Shown: positions 16,870 through 26,527, numbered from the stretch's first letter. The stretch is DNA of 64,000 nt from Gemmatimonadales bacterium (GCA_036006525.1 DASYPP010000109.1:29518-93517); one strand, 5' to 3'. Notes: generated from the sequence alone by a model not told the origin. Numbers and translations are program-made.

Positions 16870-19308
16870 ATGCGTCTGCTTCTTCCACTTATTGCTCTTG
16901 CTGCCCTCGCTTCCCCCGCTTCCCTCGCTTCCCAGAGCAACACCGAGCGAATGGCCAACGATGCGTACACCAGGTCGCACGACTACGACCTGGTTCATCA
17001 GCGGATCGAGATCGGCGACTTCAACTGGGACTCCTTGAGCTTCAGCGGGAAGCTGGCGACCACGCTGGTGGCGCTCCGTCCCGGGTTCGATTCCATTATC
17101 CTCGACGCCGGCCACCTGCTCCAGGTCACCGGGGCGACCGACCCCGCCGGCCTTGCCCTTGCCACCGCCCGTTCCGGTGATACTCTCGTCATCCGTCTCG
17201 CGAAGCCGGCCGGGGTTGGCGACACGGTGCGATTCACCCTGACCTATGCCGGAAAGGTCGAGAACGGCCGCGGGCTCACCTTCCTCGACAGCGAGGGGCG
17301 GCGCCACCGGCCCCGCCAGATCTGGAGCCAGGGCGAAGACGATAACAACCACGATTGGTTCCCCACCTACGACTTCCCCAATGACCGCATGACCTGGGAG
17401 ATGGTGGCCACGGTGCCTGCCTCCTTCACCGCGGTCTCCAACGGCCGCCTGGTGAGCGATGTTCGAACCGCGCGGGGCCGGACCATGACCTGGCGCCAGG
17501 ACAAGCCGGCGTCCACCTACCTGGTCTCCCTCATCGTGGCTCCGCTGGTGAAGATCCACGATACCTGGGGCACCGTCCCGGTGGACTACTACGTCTACCG
17601 CGAGGACAGCGCCCGGGCCTGGCCGCTCTTCCACGTGACGCCGGACATGATCGCGGTCTATTCCCGGCTCACCGGGGTGCGCTATCCCTGGCCCAAGTAT
17701 GCCCAGACGACGGTCGCGGATTTTTTCGGCGGAATGGAGAATGTCAGCGCCACCACGCTGGTCGACTGGCTGCCGGACCCCGCCGCCTACCTCGACCGGC
17801 CCTGGTACCAGTACATCCTCATTCCCCACGAGCTGGCCCACCAATGGTTCGGGGACCTGGTCACCACCGAGAACTGGGCCAACATGTGGCTCAATGAAGG
17901 GTTCGCCGAGTTCATGCCGGGGCAGTACTGGCAGGTGAAAAAGGGCCGGCACCTGGAGGACGACTACTACCTGGACGAATACGGCCAGTTCATGCAGATC
18001 GACGAAGACCGGCGGATGCCGCTCGCGGCGCTGGGTTCCAACAACATCTATCCCAAGGGCGCGCTCGTGCTTCGCATGCTGCAGCGCTACCTGGGAAATC
18101 AGCGCTTCTGGGCCTCGGTCAAGCGCTACCTCGAGCAACACGCCTACGACAACGCGACGACCGACGACTTCCGCCAGGCGGTGCTCGACGCGACTGGTGA
18201 GAACCTCGACTGGTTCTGGGACCAGTGGATGTACCAGGCCGGGTACCCCGAGTTCGACGTCAAGGCAAATTATGACGGAGCCGCTCACACCCTGACGGTC
18301 AATGTCCAGCAGACCCAGGTGGACACCAACAAGGCCGACACCAGCTACGCCGGGCTCCGGTTCACCACGCCACCGGTGTTCCGGATGCCGATGACCGTTC
18401 GGGTCGGCACTGCCTCCGGCGACGTGGTCCGGAACGTCAGCCTCGACGCCCGGGAGCAGACCATTCGTATCGACAGTCTCCCGGCCGAGCCGACCATGGT
18501 GATCTTCGATGACGGGAACCGGGTGCTCAAGAAGTTGACCTTCGAGCAACCCACCGCCTGGCTGGCGGCCCAGCTCCAGAAGGATCCCGATCTCTGGAAT
18601 CGGCAGTGGGTGATCGAACAGCTGGCCAAGCGCACTACCGATGACCAGGCGGCCCGCGCCCTGGCCGGGGCCGCGATCGATGCCGACTACTTCCTGACCC
18701 GGGCCCAGGCCGTGAGCGCGCTCGCCGGATTCAGCACCGCGGCTTTGCCCACCCTGGAGGCAGCCGCGCGCGACACCTCGGCGGCGGTGCGGGTCGCGGC
18801 CCTGGAGGCGTTGGGTGAGGTGGGCGGTCCCCGCGGCGTGGATATCGCCCTGGACCACTTCCATCACGATCCGAGTTACCAGGTGCGGGGCGCCGCGGTT
18901 GGCGCGATTGCCAAGGCCGCCGATCCGGCTCAGCGCCAGGCCGTCCTCACCGAGGCCATGGCGACGGAGTCATACCAGGATGCCATCCGGAATTCGGCGT
19001 ACCAGACGATCGCCCGGTCCGCTGATACCACGTTTCTCGATGCGGTGAATGCGCGGGTGGCGGTGGATGAGAACGTGGTCTATGTGCTTGCGGGCCTGGG
19101 AAGACGGGGCAGTACCCGGGCACTGGACCTGCTGGCGAGCCACCTCAATGACGAGAAGCGCTACGTGCGGGACTGGGCACTCAACGCGTTCCGCAATGCC
19201 GTGCCGGCCGCGCTCGCGCTACCCCGGCTTCAGGCGGCGCAGGCTGCGATTTCGGACCCGGCGACCAAGGCCCGCGTGGCCGAGGCGATCCAGGATCTGG
19301 AAAAGTGA
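16870..19308 (+). CDS. M1-family aminopeptidase (PepN-like) with C-terminal HEAT-like repeats
   Basis: GGMENVS, HELAHQWFGDLVT...WLNEGFAEF. Signal peptide MRLLLPLIALAALASPASLASQ. C-terminal repeated ...VRxAA..AL... segments. Confidence 0.85.
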   Translation: MRLLLPLIALAALASPASLASQSNTERMANDAYTRSHDYDLVHQRIEIGDFNWDSLSFSGKLATTLVALRPGFDSIILDAGHLLQVTGATDPAGLALATARSGDTLVIRLAKPAGVGDTVRFTLTYAGKVENGRGLTFLDSEGRRHRPRQIWSQGEDDNNHDWFPTYDFPNDRMTWEMVATVPASFTAVSNGRLVSDVRTARGRTMTWRQDKPASTYLVSLIVAPLVKIHDTWGTVPVDYYVYREDSARAWPLFHVTPDMIAVYSRLTGVRYPWPKYAQTTVADFFGGMENVSATTLVDWLPDPAAYLDRPWYQYILIPHELAHQWFGDLVTTENWANMWLNEGFAEFMPGQYWQVKKGRHLEDDYYLDEYGQFMQIDEDRRMPLAALGSNNIYPKGALVLRMLQRYLGNQRFWASVKRYLEQHAYDNATTDDFRQAVLDATGENLDWFWDQWMYQAGYPEFDVKANYDGAAHTLTVNVQQTQVDTNKADTSYAGLRFTTPPVFRMPMTVRVGTASGDVVRNVSLDAREQTIRIDSLPAEPTMVIFDDGNRVLKKLTFEQPTAWLAAQLQKDPDLWNRQWVIEQLAKRTTDDQAARALAGAAIDADYFLTRAQAVSALAGFSTAALPTLEAAARDTSAAVRVAALEALGEVGGPRGVDIALDHFHHDPSYQVRGAAVGAIAKAADPAQRQAVLTEAMATESYQDAIRNSAYQTIARSADTTFLDAVNARVAVDENVVYVLAGLGRRGSTRALDLLASHLNDEKRYVRDWALNAFRNAVPAALALPRLQAAQAAISDPATKARVAEAIQDLEK
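16905..16933 (+). repeat. Tandem 9-mer x3 inside the aminopeptidase signal-peptide coding region
   Basis: cctcgcttc ccccgcttc cctcgcttc, translated as ALASPASLAS. The period of 9 keeps the reading frame. Confidence 0.8.
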
Positions 19309-19326
19309 TTATTTTCTTGGCGGCCT

Positions 19327-19347
19327 GTCCTTAGTCCTTAGTCCTTG
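19327..19347. repeat. Single-arm heptamer array, GTCCTTR x3 (reverse complement of the GGACTAA family)
   Basis: gtcctta gtcctta gtccttg. Lies between the aminopeptidase stop (19308) and tRNA-Lys (19356). Confidence 0.85.
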
Positions 19348-19355
19348 ATGTTGAA

Positions 19356-19428
<73 letters not shown>

Positions 19429-19557
19429 TGGCTCGAGCCAAAAACGGACCTCTAATTCGACGGAGCGCTTCAACCGGGAACGATGGTGCAACAGCCGGGC
19501 ACGGTCACGTCATAGAGTGACCGCTCGCTGCCATCCCCCTTTGAGAGGCTCCTTCAC

Positions 19558-19737
19558 ATGAGCACCAAACTGTTTGCCCGTGCCCTCGCTTTCGTGACCA
19601 TTGTCGCCGCTTCCTGCCAGTCGGACATGCCCTCCATCAAGCGATCAGAGTTGGTGACCCTGGTATTGTTGCTGACGACTGGGATAGCCGTGACGGTCGG
19701 ATCTCGGTTGCTCGTCGCCGCGAGGAATTGGATCTGA
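19558..19737 (+). CDS. Candidate 59-aa small lipoprotein/membrane peptide (below the ORF-track size cut-off)
   Basis: My own translation: MSTKLFARALAFVTIVAASCQSD (lipobox-like) followed by a hydrophobic segment LVTLVLLLTTGIAVTV. GAGAGG lies about 9 nt upstream. Confidence 0.3.
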   Translation: MSTKLFARALAFVTIVAASCQSDMPSIKRSELVTLVLLLTTGIAVTVGSRLLVAARNWI

Positions 19738-20026
19738 ATCCGCCCTGACACCGACACGCCGCACGCGCTTGGATCAGCCCTTCGAGCGCGTGCTGTTTCC
19801 TGCATGGTCATCCGTCAAAAGCTTTACATCCCTGCGCATCAGTTCCTCATCAAACCCGCCACACCATCGTGCCTCCCCCGGCCGTGCAGCATCTCGCAGT
19901 ATCCCGGTAACCGTCCCTGCCGGAACGAGTTGGCAGCTGTCGCAACAGTGGCCCGTGACCTGCCTATAGATAGAGCGTCAACCCGATACGGTAAGCAAAA
20001 ACATTCTTCGCCCTCTCTTCGAGGAC

Positions 20027-20743
20027 ATGATGCGGAAGCTCGGAGCAGTTCTGATGCTGGTCGGTGTCCTCGTCGTCCTGGCCGCCACCCCGGCGTTTGC
20101 CAACGGTTTCCAGTCGTATCGCATCTGCGGAGGCGATACGTTCACATCGTGCGCTGCCGTCGAGGTGAGCGTCGTGGGCCACAACGTGACGCTCCGGGTG
20201 TGGAACCTGGCGCAGAACGGTGGCGCCACCTACAACCAGGGCAGCGGCAGCATCGGCGTCATCGGCGCCATCGCGCTGTACAACCTGCCGTCCGGACTTT
20301 CCGTCAACGCCGGCTCGTTGTTGGTCAACGGCGCCCCTGGCGATTGGCGGCTGCAGACCGTGGGTAGCCACGGTATCGCCATCGATGGCCGCACCGCCCC
20401 CGGCCACCTGGGCAGCGGGATCGCCAGCGGCTGCGACAGCAATGCCCCGGTGGGCGCCCTCTCCAACCCGTGTACTTCGAATCTCACGAACGGCTGGACC
20501 GTCTTCAGCTTCCAGGTCAACGGCACCTTCGATCCCCGGACCTCCGAGCTGAGCGTATTGTCCTTTGATCCACGTACCGGCCAGAGCTCCGAGAACTGGA
20601 CTGGAACGACTCCGGGTGGCCAGGTTGGCATTGCGACAACCGTGACGCCCGAGCCGGTCACCATGACCCTGCTCGCGACCGGCCTTGCCGGCCTGAGCGG
20701 CGCCGGCTTCCTGCGGCGCGGGCGGAAGACGACCGACCTCTAA
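20027..20743 (+). CDS. PEP-CTERM sorting-domain secreted protein
   Basis: N-terminal signal peptide LVVLAATPAFA. C-terminus TVTPEPVTMTLLATGLAGLSGAGFLRRGRK, which is a PEP motif, a TM helix and a basic tail. Confidence 0.75.
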   Translation: MMRKLGAVLMLVGVLVVLAATPAFANGFQSYRICGGDTFTSCAAVEVSVVGHNVTLRVWNLAQNGGATYNQGSGSIGVIGAIALYNLPSGLSVNAGSLLVNGAPGDWRLQTVGSHGIAIDGRTAPGHLGSGIASGCDSNAPVGALSNPCTSNLTNGWTVFSFQVNGTFDPRTSELSVLSFDPRTGQSSENWTGTTPGGQVGIATTVTPEPVTMTLLATGLAGLSGAGFLRRGRKTTDL

Positions 20744-20844
20744 CGGTAAGGCGGTAGGGCGGTACGGCGGTAAAAAACGAAAAACCCCGGGCAACGAAGC
20801 TCGGGGTTTTTCCATACTACTTACCGCCGTACCGCCTTACCGCC
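20744..20844. repeat. Inverted pair of 8-mer arrays (CGGTANGG x3.75 / CKTACCGC x3) enclosing an intrinsic terminator
   Basis: cggtaagg cggtaggg cggtacgg cggtaa (20744-20773) ... cttaccgc cgtaccgc cttaccgc c (20820-20844). The arms are complementary over about 29 nt, with 1-2 mismatches. Confidence 0.9.
20781..20810. terminator. Bidirectional intrinsic terminator nested inside the 8-mer arms
   Basis: aaaaccccgggc aacgaa gctcggggtttt. GC-rich stem with one mismatch, an A-run on the 5' side and a T-run on the 3' side. Lies between convergent genes. Confidence 0.8.
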
Positions 20845-22001
20845 TATGGTGTCACTACGAACGAGTTGCTCTGCAGCTGCACCGTTCCGAAACCCGACAA
20901 GGACGCCGTCACCACGATCGCATAGGTGCCGGGACTGCTCACCCTGAGATCGTCGTAGGTCTCGATTCCTGAACTCCCGGTGACGTTGGTCAGCGTACCG
21001 GACAGATTGCCGGTCCCCGTGATCCTGACCAGCGTGAGCGTGGACGATACCTCGGGCAACGGGGTGCCCCCGTTCCCCTTCGCCAGTACCCGCACCGAAG
21101 GCGTGATCACCTGGCCGGCCTGGACGGTCGAGGGCTGGCTCAGATAGGACAGGTTGATGCTTTGGGCATCCACCACCCCGAAGTCACTGAAGCCGGTCGC
21201 CGAACCACCCACCGGACCCAGGGCATTCGTCCCGATCGGAGCCGGCGCGGAACAGGCGAGGAAAGAGCTTGCGTCGCGCAGGAAGAGGATGCTGTGCGGC
21301 GTCGCCGTGTGGCTTTCCTCGATCCGGTACCGGCCTGGATTGGTAATACAGAACCCGATCACCGCGCCGGCATTGATGATCGGGCTGGGCGGCAGCGAGG
21401 ACCAGGCGTACGGGCTCCCGACCAGGATCTCCTGGAAGGTCGCCGCCGGGTTAGGAGTTCCGAACAGGAGAACCCGCTTGCCGAACACGGCCGGCCAGGT
21501 GGACTCCTGCAACCCGACGCCGGAGAGGCCGTCGCTCGAGAGCACCGGTGCGGCCGGATCGGTAGTTCCGCCTCGCACCCCGAACCCACCCGGCCCAAGC
21601 GGACCCGAGAAGTCGATCGGCAATGCGGGCGAGCCCACGGTCATGCAGGCGAGCAGCGCGTTGGCCAGCGCCGAGCCGGCCTGGGGAGTGCCGATCTGCC
21701 GATGACCGTTCCTGGCGCTCTCGATCAGGGCCAGCACGTCAAATCCCTTGTCGGTCGCCCGGAGAAAGTCTCCGCCGACGAAGAACTGCTGCATCTGGGC
21801 GACCAGGCTCTTGGCCGGGGCCCGGTCGATCACGGCGAAGTAGCCCCGGATCAGGTCGTTCATGACGCCGAACTGGCAGGCGGCATCAGTAGTGGCGAGC
21901 GCCGGTTGATCGGTGGCCGTCGGCTGGCGGGAATCAACGCAGGCGACGGCAATAGCGGTGGCCGCGGCAAGGACGCCTAAGCCAAAATGTGTGGAACGCA
22001 T
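20844..22001 (-). CDS. Hypothetical lipoprotein with a C-terminal Ig-like/beta-sandwich-looking region
   Basis: I moved the start to the ATG at 22001 (MRSTHFGLGVLAAATAIAVAC, a lipobox). The C-terminal roughly 100 aa (INLSYLSQPSTVQAGQVITPSVRVLA...TYAIVVTASL) resembles Big-type domains. Confidence 0.6.
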   Translation of the reverse strand: MRSTHFGLGVLAAATAIAVACVDSRQPTATDQPALATTDAACQFGVMNDLIRGYFAVIDRAPAKSLVAQMQQFFVGGDFLRATDKGFDVLALIESARNGHRQIGTPQAGSALANALLACMTVGSPALPIDFSGPLGPGGFGVRGGTTDPAAPVLSSDGLSGVGLQESTWPAVFGKRVLLFGTPNPAATFQEILVGSPYAWSSLPPSPIINAGAVIGFCITNPGRYRIEESHTATPHSILFLRDASSFLACSAPAPIGTNALGPVGGSATGFSDFGVVDAQSINLSYLSQPSTVQAGQVITPSVRVLAKGNGGTPLPEVSSTLTLVRITGTGNLSGTLTNVTGSSGIETYDDLRVSSPGTYAIVVTASLSGFGTVQLQSNSFVVTP

Positions 22002-22117
22002 GGACCAGCCTTGTGCGAGTAATGCCAACGAGGAAGAAGTGAACCTATGGTTGTGCAGCCAATCGCGCCAGATTCGCCGGTGCTACGGTGTGATGCAGAA
22101 ATGAAACAACTGTTGCC

Positions 22118-24634
22118 TCAGCGAGGCTTTCCGATCAGGGTCGTGAATCTCGGGTCACCCTTCAGGTTGGCGAAGTACCATCCCTCGTCCTTGGCCATGA
22201 ACTCCCGCCGCTGCGGGTTGGCGGCGAGGTACTGCCCCAGCTGGTGCAGCGCCTCGTCCTTGTCATTGAGAAATGTCCTGGCGATGGCTTCCCACAAAGC
22301 CACGTCCCTGGTCGGGTCCACATCCGCGCTGGCCCGGGCCGCGGTGGCCACCGCGCGGGCACTGTCATCGAGCCCGGCGCGAGCCAGGGCGATTGCGACC
22401 ATCATCTGGCCCTTGTGCCGGGCAATCTTTTTCTGGCTGGCGGGAGAAAGCTCTTCCATCCGCTTCTGAGCCGCCCAGGCCCGGGGAATGTCCGCCGGGG
22501 TCGCCTCAAACGCGAAGACCATCAACTGACATTCCTGGAACTTGGCGTCGTCGGGGAAGCGGCGCTGTCCTTCCTCACACCAGTGCCGGGACTCGACTTT
22601 GTCGCCCAGGTCAAAGGAGCCGTTGAAGATTCTCCAGACGATCAGGTTGGCCTGGGTGAGGTAGGGGTCGGCTTCGTAGGCCTTGAGGGCGGCCAGCTTG
22701 CCCTCGGCCGATTGGGACTGGCTGAGCAGCATGTGGCTGAGCGAGGCCCAGGCAACCGCGCGCCCCGGATCGGCGGCGACGGCGGCGCGGAGGTCTGCTT
22801 CCGCCCGCTTGAGCAGCGCTTCGCTCCGCGCCGGGTCCGGCTCCAGGTTGAGCAGCCATACGAAGTATCGGACCGTCCCCGAGAGCTCCAGCGCTTCGGC
22901 ATCACCGGGCCGCTGCTTCAGGGCCCGGTCGGCATGCCCGATGCTTTGATCGAGCCACTGATGCATCGCATCGCGGTCCCAGGCCCCGGTCCGGGCCTGG
23001 CGATAGGCCACCCAGCCCCGGCTCACGATCGGCCGGAGCCAGCGGCTATCGAGCTCTTCCACCTCGGTGAAGACCGAATCGGCCGCGCGGAGCCGCGCCG
23101 ATGCCCCGGGAACGTCACCCGAGGCGACCAGCGGATCCACGTCATCCAGCAATTCCTGCCCGCGCTGGAATGCTTCCCAGGCCGCGACCTTGCTGGTTTC
23201 CGCCTGGCGTTGCTGCACCTGGATCTCCTGCCCCAGCCGTTGGCGCAGAAACATCGACACCTGGTTGGCCAGGTCGTCCTGCAGGGCCAGCATTTCGGCC
23301 CGGGGCCGCTCCATGGTTCGGCTGGCGATCTCCTTCCCGTTCGCGGCGTTGATCAGGGACACGGTCAGCCGCAACTGGTCGCCTCGCTCTTCGATCGTTC
23401 CATCCACCAGGGTTCCCACGCCCAGTACCCGGCCGATGCTGTCCGGAGCGATGGCCTTGCCCTTGAAGGGCAGCACGCCGTTTCTCGAAATCACGGTGAG
23501 CGCATCGATGCCGCTCAAATCGTGGATCAAGGCGTCGGTGAATCCATCAGCCACGTGCTGCATCTCGTGGTTGTTGCTGAGGTCGTCGAAATAGAGGACC
23601 GCGATGGAACGCAGCGCCTGCGCGGCCGCGGCGGATCCGGCCGAGCGGCCTCGCCTGGTCCACAGCCAGCCCGCCGCAACGAGAAGCGGCACCGCCGCAA
23701 TAATTCCCCAGCGCAGGTAGTGGCGCCGTGGCCCGTGGCCCCGCATCGGGGCGGCCCGGCTCAGCCGCTGCCGGGAGAGTCTCGGACTGGTGGTGCTGGA
23801 GCCCGGCGTTGACAGGGCCTTGGCAAACTGGGACGCCGTGGCGAACCGGTCGGCCGGGACCTTTTCCAGGGCATGAAGCACCGCGTCTTCCAGTTCGTCC
23901 GGAATACTCTGCCGTACGATCTGCAGGCTGGGGACGATCTCCATCGAGTGCTGCGCCATGATGGCGCTGGCGCTCGGCCCGGTGAATGGCGGGCGACCGC
24001 TCAGCATCTCGTAGAGCACGCACCCGAGGCTGTAGATATCGCTGCGGCCGTCGATCGAGCCGTCGCCCACCGCCTGCTCCGGGCTCATGTAGGCGGGGGT
24101 GCCGATCGAGGTCCCGGTCTGGGTGAGCCGATCGGGTCCCGACTGGGAGACCGCCCGCGCAATCCCGAAATCCGCCACCATGGCGTGGCCCCCGGAGAGC
24201 AGCACGTTTTCGGGCTTGATGTCCCGGTGCACCACGCCGTGACTGTGGGCGTAGCCCAGGGCATCAGCGATTTCCCGGGCCAGCTGCACCGCCTCGTCCA
24301 GCGGGAGCAGGGTCTCCCGGTTGAGCCGGTCCCGCAGTGACTCGCCCTCGACGAACGGCATCACGTAGTACAGCAAGCCGCCGGCGGCGCCGGAATCGTA
24401 GACCCCCAGGATGTGGGGATGCTGCAGCTTGGCGGCCAGCCGGATTTCCTGGAGGAACCGGTCTGATCCCAGGGAGGAGCTGATCTCGGGATTCAGAACT
24501 TTCACCGCGACCAGCCGGTCGTGCTTGAGGTCCTGCGCGAGGTAGACCGTGGCCATGCCGCCCTGGCCCAGCATACGCTCAACGGCGTATTGCCCGGCCA
24601 GTGCTTCCCGGAGAATGGCGAGAGGATCAGTCAT
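22118..24634 (-). CDS. Ser/Thr protein kinase with a TM segment and a long periplasmic/TPR-like tail
   Basis: Hanks motifs VAVKVL, HRDIKPENVL, DFGIA, GTPAYMSPE. TM segment WGIIAAVPLLVAAGWLW. About 480 aa of helical-repeat tail. Confidence 0.9.
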   Translation of the reverse strand: MTDPLAILREALAGQYAVERMLGQGGMATVYLAQDLKHDRLVAVKVLNPEISSSLGSDRFLQEIRLAAKLQHPHILGVYDSGAAGGLLYYVMPFVEGESLRDRLNRETLLPLDEAVQLAREIADALGYAHSHGVVHRDIKPENVLLSGGHAMVADFGIARAVSQSGPDRLTQTGTSIGTPAYMSPEQAVGDGSIDGRSDIYSLGCVLYEMLSGRPPFTGPSASAIMAQHSMEIVPSLQIVRQSIPDELEDAVLHALEKVPADRFATASQFAKALSTPGSSTTSPRLSRQRLSRAAPMRGHGPRRHYLRWGIIAAVPLLVAAGWLWTRRGRSAGSAAAAQALRSIAVLYFDDLSNNHEMQHVADGFTDALIHDLSGIDALTVISRNGVLPFKGKAIAPDSIGRVLGVGTLVDGTIEERGDQLRLTVSLINAANGKEIASRTMERPRAEMLALQDDLANQVSMFLRQRLGQEIQVQQRQAETSKVAAWEAFQRGQELLDDVDPLVASGDVPGASARLRAADSVFTEVEELDSRWLRPIVSRGWVAYRQARTGAWDRDAMHQWLDQSIGHADRALKQRPGDAEALELSGTVRYFVWLLNLEPDPARSEALLKRAEADLRAAVAADPGRAVAWASLSHMLLSQSQSAEGKLAALKAYEADPYLTQANLIVWRIFNGSFDLGDKVESRHWCEEGQRRFPDDAKFQECQLMVFAFEATPADIPRAWAAQKRMEELSPASQKKIARHKGQMMVAIALARAGLDDSARAVATAARASADVDPTRDVALWEAIARTFLNDKDEALHQLGQYLAANPQRREFMAKDEGWYFANLKGDPRFTTLIGKPR

Positions 24635-24770
24635 GAGATGGGGCCCGGCAACGCCAGGGCGGACAAGAATCTAATGTGGGTGCCGGGCCGCTGTGACCTT
24701 GGGACCCGGCCGGGCGTCTTAGAAGACAGTTCACCCTATCCTTTCAACTCCGATCACCAGAGGGCATCCG

Positions 24771-25340
24771 ATGACCGTGTCACCCCGGCTATATCCTGCG
24801 CTGTTGCGCCTGTTGCCTGTTGCTGGATCCCTGAGCATTGTGCTGGGTGGCTGTACCCCTCCGGCCCGCGAAATGGGACCCCGGCCCGACTTTATGGCCG
24901 ACTTCGAAGCCAAGCAGTTCATCTCCGCCCCCGGCGTCACCGGCGTCGAAGGATTCTCCCAGGCGATCAAGATCGGCAAGAGTATCTACCTGTCTGGCCA
25001 GGTGCCCCTCGACTCGGCCGGCCGGCTGGTGGGCCGGGACCTCTCCACCCAGGCCGCGCAGGTGTTCAGGAACCTGCGCGCCGTCCTGCTCGCCGCCGGG
25101 GCAACGCCCGAAGATGTTGTCCGGCTCGACGTCCAGGTCGTCGGTCTCAAGCCCGGTGACCTGGGACAGGTCCAGCAGGCCGACACCACGTTCTTCCCCC
25201 GGGGTCGCGGACCGGTGGGAAGCCTGGCCGGCGTGGAATCGCTGCCGGTTCCCGGCGCGTTGCTGGCCGTCAACGTTCTGGCTGAAACCCGGGGTCTCTT
25301 TCCGGATCGGCAACAACTCCAGCGCTATCGTCAGCCCTGA
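24771..25340 (+). CDS. RidA/YjgF-family protein with a lipoprotein signal
   Basis: LSIVLGGC lipobox. IYLSGQVPLD...AAQVFRNLRAVLLAAGATPEDVV. Confidence 0.75.
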   Translation: MTVSPRLYPALLRLLPVAGSLSIVLGGCTPPAREMGPRPDFMADFEAKQFISAPGVTGVEGFSQAIKIGKSIYLSGQVPLDSAGRLVGRDLSTQAAQVFRNLRAVLLAAGATPEDVVRLDVQVVGLKPGDLGQVQQADTTFFPRGRGPVGSLAGVESLPVPGALLAVNVLAETRGLFPDRQQLQRYRQP

Positions 25341-25432
25341 TCGTGTATCAGGATTGTCACCTGTACGCCGCGTCACATCCCGCCGTTGGCACGGTGGGTA
25401 AGCTGCAGCAATTACTCACTCTCGAGGCTGCT

Positions 25433-26527
25433 ATGGCGCGCTGGAACTCCTGTTCTCTGGTTGTTGGCCTGACCCTCGTCGTCGCCTGCGGCGGCCCGGG
25501 GGCTGACAAGAAGCCCGGGGCTGATTCATCAGCCGAGGGTACTGCCGCCGGGTCAGCCACCTTGACCGGCGCCGGGGCCACGTTCCCCAATCCGATCTAT
25601 GCGAAATGGTTCGACCAGTACGCGGCCCAGACCGGCGTGCATATCAACTATCAGTCAATAGGATCGGGGGGTGGCATCCGGCAGTTCACCGAGGGGACGG
25701 TTGATTTTGGTGCGACCGATGGGCCGATGTCGGATGCGGACATCGCGAAGGTGAATGGAAACGTCTTGCACGTTCCCACCGTCCTCGGCGCCGTTGTCGT
25801 CACCTACAACCTCGCCGGCCTGGGCGACGCGAAACTCCATTTCGACGGGCCGACGTTGGCCGCCATCTACCTGGGCCAGATCAAGAAGTGGAACGACCGC
25901 CGAGTCGGGGCGTTGAATCCCGGCGTCAAGCTCCCCGCGACCGATATCATCGTCGTGCATCGGTCCGACGGTTCCGGCACCAGCTTTATCTGGACCGATT
26001 TTCTGAGCAAGGTCTCTCCAGAATGGAAGACCAAGGTTGGGGCAGCCTCGTCGGTCAACTGGCCGACCGGACTGGGCGGCAAGGGCAACGAGGGCGTCAC
26101 CCAGCAGGTGAAACAGGTGGACGGGACCATCGGGTACGTGGAGTTGATCTACGCGATCTCCAACAACCTTCCCTACGCGGCCGTCAAGAACAGCACGGGG
26201 AACTTTGTCGAGCCGTCGCTCGAGTCCACCTCGGCCGCGGCGGCCGCGGTCGCCCTGGGGCCGGACACCGATTTCCGGATTTCGATCACCAATGCCCCGG
26301 GGGCGCAGGCTTATCCCATCGCGTCGTTTACCTGGTTGCTGGTCAAGAAGAACAATCCCGACGCGGCGAAGGGAAAGGCGATCAAGGACTTCCTGGCGTG
26401 GATGATCACCGACGAGGCCCAGGATGTGGCCGCGGGACTGCATTATGCCCCGCTGCCCCCGCCGATCCGGGCCCTGGTCGGCCAGAAAACCGCGGAATTG
26501 CAGGTCGGAGGTCAGCCGGCAAGCTGA
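25433..26527 (+). CDS. pstS: Phosphate ABC transporter substrate-binding lipoprotein
   Basis: I moved the start to the ATG at 25433 (MARWNSCSLVVGLTLVVAC). LTGAGATFPNPIYAKW...YQSIGSGGGIRQ...SDGSGTSFIWT. No pstCAB genes are adjacent. Confidence 0.85.
   Translation: MARWNSCSLVVGLTLVVACGGPGADKKPGADSSAEGTAAGSATLTGAGATFPNPIYAKWFDQYAAQTGVHINYQSIGSGGGIRQFTEGTVDFGATDGPMSDADIAKVNGNVLHVPTVLGAVVVTYNLAGLGDAKLHFDGPTLAAIYLGQIKKWNDRRVGALNPGVKLPATDIIVVHRSDGSGTSFIWTDFLSKVSPEWKTKVGAASSVNWPTGLGGKGNEGVTQQVKQVDGTIGYVELIYAISNNLPYAAVKNSTGNFVEPSLESTSAAAAAVALGPDTDFRISITNAPGAQAYPIASFTWLLVKKNNPDAAKGKAIKDFLAWMITDEAQDVAAGLHYAPLPPPIRALVGQKTAELQVGGQPAS

Noticed and set aside
16840-18867. A 675-aa ORF on the minus strand
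   Set aside because: It is fully antisense to the M1 aminopeptidase gene, which has clear catalytic motifs. Its translation is Gly/Arg/Pro/Val-rich low complexity, typical of high-GC shadow ORFs.
19429-20026. A prophage or integrative element at tRNA-Lys. The same question applies at tRNA-Asn.
   Set aside because: No integrase, excisionase, phage or transposase genes are present. By eye I found no direct repeat of the tRNA 3' end downstream.
22244-23812. A 522-aa plus-strand ORF
   Set aside because: It is antisense to the Ser/Thr kinase gene.
25354-25376. A possible Pho box upstream of pstS
   Set aside because: The half-site-like TGTCAC/CGTCAC elements are 16 nt apart rather than in 11-bp phasing, so the evidence is not sufficient to call.
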